Below the pieces are notes generated by a model. It was not told where the DNA came from, did not search any database, and worked only from the letters and a program-made list of their open reading frames with translations. Made by a program: the position numbers and the translations under genes. A stretch of DNA of 64,000 nt. Source: a virus. Shown piece after piece: positions 58,944 to 64,000 of the stretch. Positions within the stretch are counted from its first letter, which is position 1; every line of letters starts with the position of its first letter. The DNA lies in the IMG/VR virus record IMGVR_UViG_3300032296_003714, positions 32,001-96,000 of that record. One strand, given 5' to 3'.

Positions 58944-59024
58944 TTCGTTTATTTATTTCATTAAAGTCTTAACTTTTAGGGTGGGTAAAAATTTACCCTA
59001 AACTATTTATAGATTAAAGATTAC

Positions 59025-62000
59025 ATGGGTCAAAGCCTGAGAATTAGAAGTAAGCTTGGAATTAATCAAACATTAAACGTACCTCTTGACCAAGAATATG
59101 AATTTTTGGAGATTTTATCTTTAAAAATTCTACAGGCAGACATATATACTCGTTCATGTGCAGAATATGGCGTTATTGTTGGTAGGGTAACTGCAAACAA
59201 TGGATTTGGAGTACCTAACGCAAAAGTTTCAGTTTTTATACCAATTCAGAATGAAGATTTAGATAATCCATTAATTACAAGTGTATATCCGTATACGGTA
59301 CCTACAGATAAGAATGAGGACGGATATAGATATAACTTGTTACCATATGAGAAATCATATTCTAAACATGCGGCGACAGGAACTTTCCCAACAAGATTAG
59401 ATGCGTTAACAGATTCAACGGTAATAGAACTTGTTGACAAGTATTATAAATTTACTGTCAAAACAAATGATAGTGGTGACTATATGATAATGGGAGTACC
59501 TACAGGGTTTCAAACTCTTGTTATGGATGTAGACCTTTCAGATATAGGTGAGTTCTCACTTACACCACAAGATTTGATAAGGATGGGTTTAGCTACAGAA
59601 TCACAAGTTGCGGGTAATAAATTCAAAAGCTCACAAGATTTAGAATCACTTCCTCAAATTATCAGTATAACAAAAACTGTTGAAGTATCTCCATTGTGGG
59701 GAGAGCCAGATATATGTCAAATTGCTATCAACAGAGTTGATTTTGATTTAAGAGACGATGCGAATGTTGATATACAACCAACAGCTGTTTTCATTGGGTC
59801 AATGTTTTCAACTGCAGAAAATTTAAGACTTAGAAAAAATTGCAAACCAAGAGATAATATGGGAAACCTTTGTAACTTAGTTGCAGGACCTGGACAAATT
59901 CTAGCGATAAGACAGACAATTAATCAAGATAGTGAGGGTAATCCAATATTAGAGCAATATGAATTAGAACAATCGGGTAATGTAATTGATGAAGATGGTA
60001 CATGGTTAGTAGAATTACCTATGAATTTGGATTACATTATAACAAATGAGTTCGGTGAAAGAGTTATATCACCTGACTCTAGCGTTGGTATACCATCAAA
60101 AGGAAATTATAGATTTAAGATAAAGTGGCAACAACCTAAAGATTTAACACAACAAACAAGGAGAGCATATTTTCTTGTTCCGAATGTTAGGGAATTCGGA
60201 TGGACTTCAAACTCAGACCCTAATTATCTACCAACAACTTCATTACAGGGAAAACAGTTGGCTAGTTCATATTATTTTGGATTAGATTGGAGTGGTTATA
60301 CTGATGGACTAACAACCATATCAGATAAAAATGCTAAGATAGATGAGATAGTTAAATGTGAAGACACATTTTATTCTTTTGGTTTTAATAAAGTGTATAC
60401 GGTTTCGGGATTAATTGATGAATATAAAAATGGTTTAACTAGAGGGAGATTTATAGGGATAAAAGAAATTGATGATAATGATTGCTCGTCCACAGTAAAT
60501 AAATTTCCTGTAAACGACGGAGTGAGAAATTTCGATTCAATATTTTTTGTTGTGTCTATTTTATTACAAATAATTCAATTAATCGGAGTTCCAATATTAA
60601 TTGTTCTTCACTTTGTTGCTTGGATATGGAATAACATATTGGTACCATACAAACTATTATTTACGCTTCTAATGTCATTTCAAGTTGGATGGTATTTATT
60701 TGGTTTTTTTTCTAAGTTTATCAGGGCAAAGGCAATGGCTATTGCGTCAATACTTAATCCTGCTCTTACCGCCGAAGCTGCTGGTTTAGAAACTGCCGCT
60801 TGGCAAGACTTGGCAAATTCTGGAAAATGGGCATTAACTCTTGGACTATTTGAATCTGCAATGAGGGCTACGAAAAAGAGAAACTTTCCACCAATTAAAT
60901 TAACTAGTATAACCTATCCTAATTGTCAAACTTGTCAATGTTCTGGATTTGATTCAAACTCTGAGTTTGGATTAAACGCTGGAGGAGGTACTTTAACAAA
61001 TTTTGATAATAATGCTGATTATTTGGATAATATATCAACAAAAACCGTAATTAGTACATATAATTCTGATGATATCGAAATAGCGACAATTGCGTTTTCT
61101 CAAGCAGTTGGGACAAGAACTGACGGTATTACTGACAGAACAGTGTATAAAACAATGGAATCACAAGAATTTGTTTATGGAAGTAATACAAATAAGTTTT
61201 TTAATTACTCTTTAGATTTACCTTTTGCAGAAAGAATTAATGTATTTAACCTAAGAAAAAAATATTTTGACGGAGTTAATAAAATAAGTGTAACATTTAA
61301 TTCGCCTGATAATTCTGTAAATCACTTTGATAATACAATAACAATAATATCTAAAACTCCTTTTGAAACAGGAACATTATTTACTTTTGTTGACCCGGCA
61401 ACAACACAAGATGTTAATTATAGAAATTTGGGTATAAGTGGAATAACTTTAAACGCCGGACCATCCACATACAATGTTGAATATGCAATTTCTCAAACAA
61501 CAAATGGCACGGTTTCTTATATCCTTAATACCGGTTCAACGGTTTCTAATTATAAATTTCCATCTGATGTGGAATATTATCAGGTTTTAACTGCAATGAC
61601 AATATCTGATGCATCCAAAATATGGGAAAATACCAATGAATCTTTATTACCTGGATTACTTAATTCCTCAACGGTTGTTAGATATAACGAAAGAACTGAT
61701 TTTTTATCAGGTTGGGGGTCTGTCAAACAATATCCTTCATATAAAATAAGAGAATTATTTGCAGATTTTGATAATCAATATATTTTGATATTACAAAGAG
61801 GGGTTGACCCATACTCACCAACTTATACAAACAAATATGGTATTGGAAAACTTTTAGGATTTCCTACCGAAGATTCTGTTATTATAACAGGAAATACAAG
61901 ATTGAATATCCCAATTCAAAAATTGACAAATACAAGTGCTTCAGTCCAACTATTTAATAATCAAAATAATATTTTTTACCCTTCTCACTTTTTTAGGGCT

Positions 62001-63866
62001 GGAGATGATTTTTCTGCTTTTACAACTAACAGAGTAGGTTATTATGGTGGATTAGATGCGACAAACACAGTTATTACATATTCTTTTTCTTTAAACACAC
62101 CAACAATAAATTCAGTAAGAACCACAGTTTCCTCTTCTAGTAATGGGGCTTTTGATGTTTTTAGTAATCAAGCAAGATATGATTTATCTGAAGATTTATC
62201 TGGAGGTGGTTATTATTATGTAAATGCTGGTAATAAGCCAAGCAACACAACAATATTCTACTACACATCTACATTACTACCAAGTTTAACGGCTAACCCA
62301 ATGAATATTTCTTCAAAAGTTAATAATGTTCTAAGAACAGATAGATTACCATCATCAGATTATTTGGATGGTAGCTCATGGAATTATAATCCAAGTTTAT
62401 TACAACAAAATATAGGTTTCACATTTTATGAAATTAATACCGAAAGTGATACCATTACAGTTCAGGGGTACGGTAGCGGTGCTGATATTGTTCCACCTGA
62501 TATTAGTGGATTAACCGCTAGTCAAAATGTATTTAATACTTTCGAATGTGAAAATATGGTTAGCCTAAGTTGTTATAGCGGTAATAGTACAAGTTTTGGT
62601 GTAAAGAAAGGTTGTTCTGATGAAGATTCAGTAGAAAACGGATGTTATGTTTTAATGAAAAAACCTCTTACCGATTTGTTTAATGGTAAAGATTTGAAGA
62701 CTTGGAGTGAATGGGGTTATAGATTCAGGTTTTTTTATGGGTTATGTAGAGGAGTACTCTCACAAACTTTTGTGAATAACTGGGTTAACGGAACATTATA
62801 TGCTTATCCAATACAGGTAGATACATACTATAATAAACAAAACAAACCAACAACACCTATCTTCTGTAAAGACACCATATATTTTGACAGTAAGACAAAT
62901 AATTTTTATTACAGAAGTAGTCCATATAATAATACATCAGACAAGTTTATAGGAAAAAGTGTCTCAACACAAGCGAGACCTATAAATCAACGATTGTTAC
63001 AATACCCAACCACAATAATGAATTTAGGATGGAAAGATTCTTTTTATTCTGAAATAAGTTTTGACCCAAGCACAAGGGGTTATGTGGTTAATCAACTGAA
63101 CCCAACAAGTTATTCAGATACATCTGATTTGGTGAATTTGTTTGTTATCTCAAGAATAACTGATGAAAACTTTATACAGAGATTAACATCAGGATTTAAT
63201 CCTGATAATTCATTGAATCAATTATTTTCAAGACCCGAAAGAAGAATTGATGGTGATTTAGCTCAATTAATGTCAATAAATTCAGAAGAAGGTGTTATAA
63301 AATTCTCACCCGAATATTATTCTTTGACTGGGTCTCAGTATGAGCCAGTTATTATTGATAACCCTATTTCAGGGAATCCAACAATCGGAGTTTTCTTTTC
63401 TTCAACTACAGAAAATTTACAATTCAAAGATTTCTTGTCACCAGGTAGAATTGATTTCAGAGCAACACCAACAGAGAATTTTAAACCATTTAGCTATGGT
63501 ATCAAATCACAAGAAGTACCTTACTATAAATGGGGATTAGAAAGTTCTCAAACAATATTTGGTACCGAACGTAATAACTGGGTAACAAGCCAGGCTCAAA
63601 TTGGACAATCAAGATATCAGTCTTTGGACCGAACAACCGCAACATATTATCAAGGAGATGGAATTGTTAACGACCAAAATAAAAGAGGTTATATTTTTAA
63701 AGTAAGTAATGATTCAACTTTGGTTGCTGGAACACAATATGATAAAGTTAGAGCAAATGAAAATAGTGTATTCTTAGTTGGCGCACCATTTCATTTTTAT
63801 TTCGGACTAACACAAGGCGCAACCGCACTAAATAAATTTAAAACAAAGTATGCTTTAGATGAGTAA
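59025..63866 (+). CDS. Large virion/baseplate-associated protein with an internal hydrophobic segment
   Basis: N-terminal GVIVGRV..NNGFGVPNAKVSVF...TNDSGDYMIMGVP.G (prealbumin/CarboxypepD-reg-like); hydrophobic stretch at about 60540-60725; follows the gp6-like gene. Confidence 0.55.
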   Translation: MGQSLRIRSKLGINQTLNVPLDQEYEFLEILSLKILQADIYTRSCAEYGVIVGRVTANNGFGVPNAKVSVFIPIQNEDLDNPLITSVYPYTVPTDKNEDGYRYNLLPYEKSYSKHAATGTFPTRLDALTDSTVIELVDKYYKFTVKTNDSGDYMIMGVPTGFQTLVMDVDLSDIGEFSLTPQDLIRMGLATESQVAGNKFKSSQDLESLPQIISITKTVEVSPLWGEPDICQIAINRVDFDLRDDANVDIQPTAVFIGSMFSTAENLRLRKNCKPRDNMGNLCNLVAGPGQILAIRQTINQDSEGNPILEQYELEQSGNVIDEDGTWLVELPMNLDYIITNEFGERVISPDSSVGIPSKGNYRFKIKWQQPKDLTQQTRRAYFLVPNVREFGWTSNSDPNYLPTTSLQGKQLASSYYFGLDWSGYTDGLTTISDKNAKIDEIVKCEDTFYSFGFNKVYTVSGLIDEYKNGLTRGRFIGIKEIDDNDCSSTVNKFPVNDGVRNFDSIFFVVSILLQIIQLIGVPILIVLHFVAWIWNNILVPYKLLFTLLMSFQVGWYLFGFFSKFIRAKAMAIASILNPALTAEAAGLETAAWQDLANSGKWALTLGLFESAMRATKKRNFPPIKLTSITYPNCQTCQCSGFDSNSEFGLNAGGGTLTNFDNNADYLDNISTKTVISTYNSDDIEIATIAFSQAVGTRTDGITDRTVYKTMESQEFVYGSNTNKFFNYSLDLPFAERINVFNLRKKYFDGVNKISVTFNSPDNSVNHFDNTITIISKTPFETGTLFTFVDPATTQDVNYRNLGISGITLNAGPSTYNVEYAISQTTNGTVSYILNTGSTVSNYKFPSDVEYYQVLTAMTISDASKIWENTNESLLPGLLNSSTVVRYNERTDFLSGWGSVKQYPSYKIRELFADFDNQYILILQRGVDPYSPTYTNKYGIGKLLGFPTEDSVIITGNTRLNIPIQKLTNTSASVQLFNNQNNIFYPSHFFRAGDDFSAFTTNRVGYYGGLDATNTVITYSFSLNTPTINSVRTTVSSSSNGAFDVFSNQARYDLSEDLSGGGYYYVNAGNKPSNTTIFYYTSTLLPSLTANPMNISSKVNNVLRTDRLPSSDYLDGSSWNYNPSLLQQNIGFTFYEINTESDTITVQGYGSGADIVPPDISGLTASQNVFNTFECENMVSLSCYSGNSTSFGVKKGCSDEDSVENGCYVLMKKPLTDLFNGKDLKTWSEWGYRFRFFYGLCRGVLSQTFVNNWVNGTLYAYPIQVDTYYNKQNKPTTPIFCKDTIYFDSKTNNFYYRSSPYNNTSDKFIGKSVSTQARPINQRLLQYPTTIMNLGWKDSFYSEISFDPSTRGYVVNQLNPTSYSDTSDLVNLFVISRITDENFIQRLTSGFNPDNSLNQLFSRPERRIDGDLAQLMSINSEEGVIKFSPEYYSLTGSQYEPVIIDNPISGNPTIGVFFSSTTENLQFKDFLSPGRIDFRATPTENFKPFSYGIKSQEVPYYKWGLESSQTIFGTERNNWVTSQAQIGQSRYQSLDRTTATYYQGDGIVNDQNKRGYIFKVSNDSTLVAGTQYDKVRANENSVFLVGAPFHFYFGLTQGATALNKFKTKYALDE

Positions 63867-64000
63867 CTTATATTCAATCATACCAAGCGTACAACAATAT
63901 AAGTCGGCACCTGCTGATGACCAGCAGTTGTCTGTTGTTTTGGAAGAACAAAGTCAAAATCTTGTTGAGTATGATAGAAGTACGACCGTTAGCCTTGCCC
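63859..64000 (+). CDS. Hypothetical protein, 5' part only (runs off the window end)
   Basis: ATG at 63859 overlaps the upstream gene end; MSNLYSIIPSVQQYKSAPADDQQLSVVLEEQ... is open to the window end. Confidence 0.6.
   Translation, partial: MSNLYSIIPSVQQYKSAPADDQQLSVVLEEQSQNLVEYDRSTTVSLA

Noticed and set aside
1-64000. Eukaryotic giant virus origin (SET, GT60, PolB, SNF2)
   Set aside because: Contractile tail, baseplate and neck genes, gp32/UvsX/DnaB-like proteins and bacterial-type terminators identify a tailed phage.
1-64000. Stop-codon reassignment
   Set aside because: Core genes are full length in the standard code and coding density is high.
1-64000. tRNA or rRNA genes
   Set aside because: None were recognisable by eye. 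Intergenic gaps are short and AT-rich. tRNAscan/Infernal was not run.

Overview
This is a 64-kb segment of a large, AT-rich, T4-like myovirus (contractile-tailed jumbo-type dsDNA phage) in the standard genetic code. Promoter architecture, the absence of Shine-Dalgarno sites and protein domain content suggest a Bacteroidota host (inference). Virion genes (neck, tail completion, sheath, tube, tail chaperone, tape measure, baseplate) are interleaved with replication genes (family-B DNA polymerase, SNF2 helicase, gp32-like SSB, RecA/UvsX, 5'-3' exonuclease, DnaB-like helicase, class II RNR). Main observations: (1) a ~15-kb locus (4692-19444) puts mucin-like Thr/Pro-rich and Gly-Ser-Ser repeat proteins directly upstream of a GT60-type polypeptide GlcNAc-transferase, further glycosyltransferases, a nucleotide-donor module and O-methyltransferases, which is a candidate phage-encoded mucin-type O-glycosylation system for the virion; (2) an unannotated, start-less +1 frame after the tail chaperone is reachable only through GAC TTT TTT CGC, a candidate +1/-2 programmed frameshift; (3) a sense-strand TATTTAT element lies upstream of about 19 genes, often only 4-5 nt from the ATG; (4) a structured leader RNA precedes the DNA polymerase; (5) there is an unannotated RHH regulator, a stand-alone WYL protein and a SET-domain methyltransferase. 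All family calls are by motif recognition only; no searches were run.
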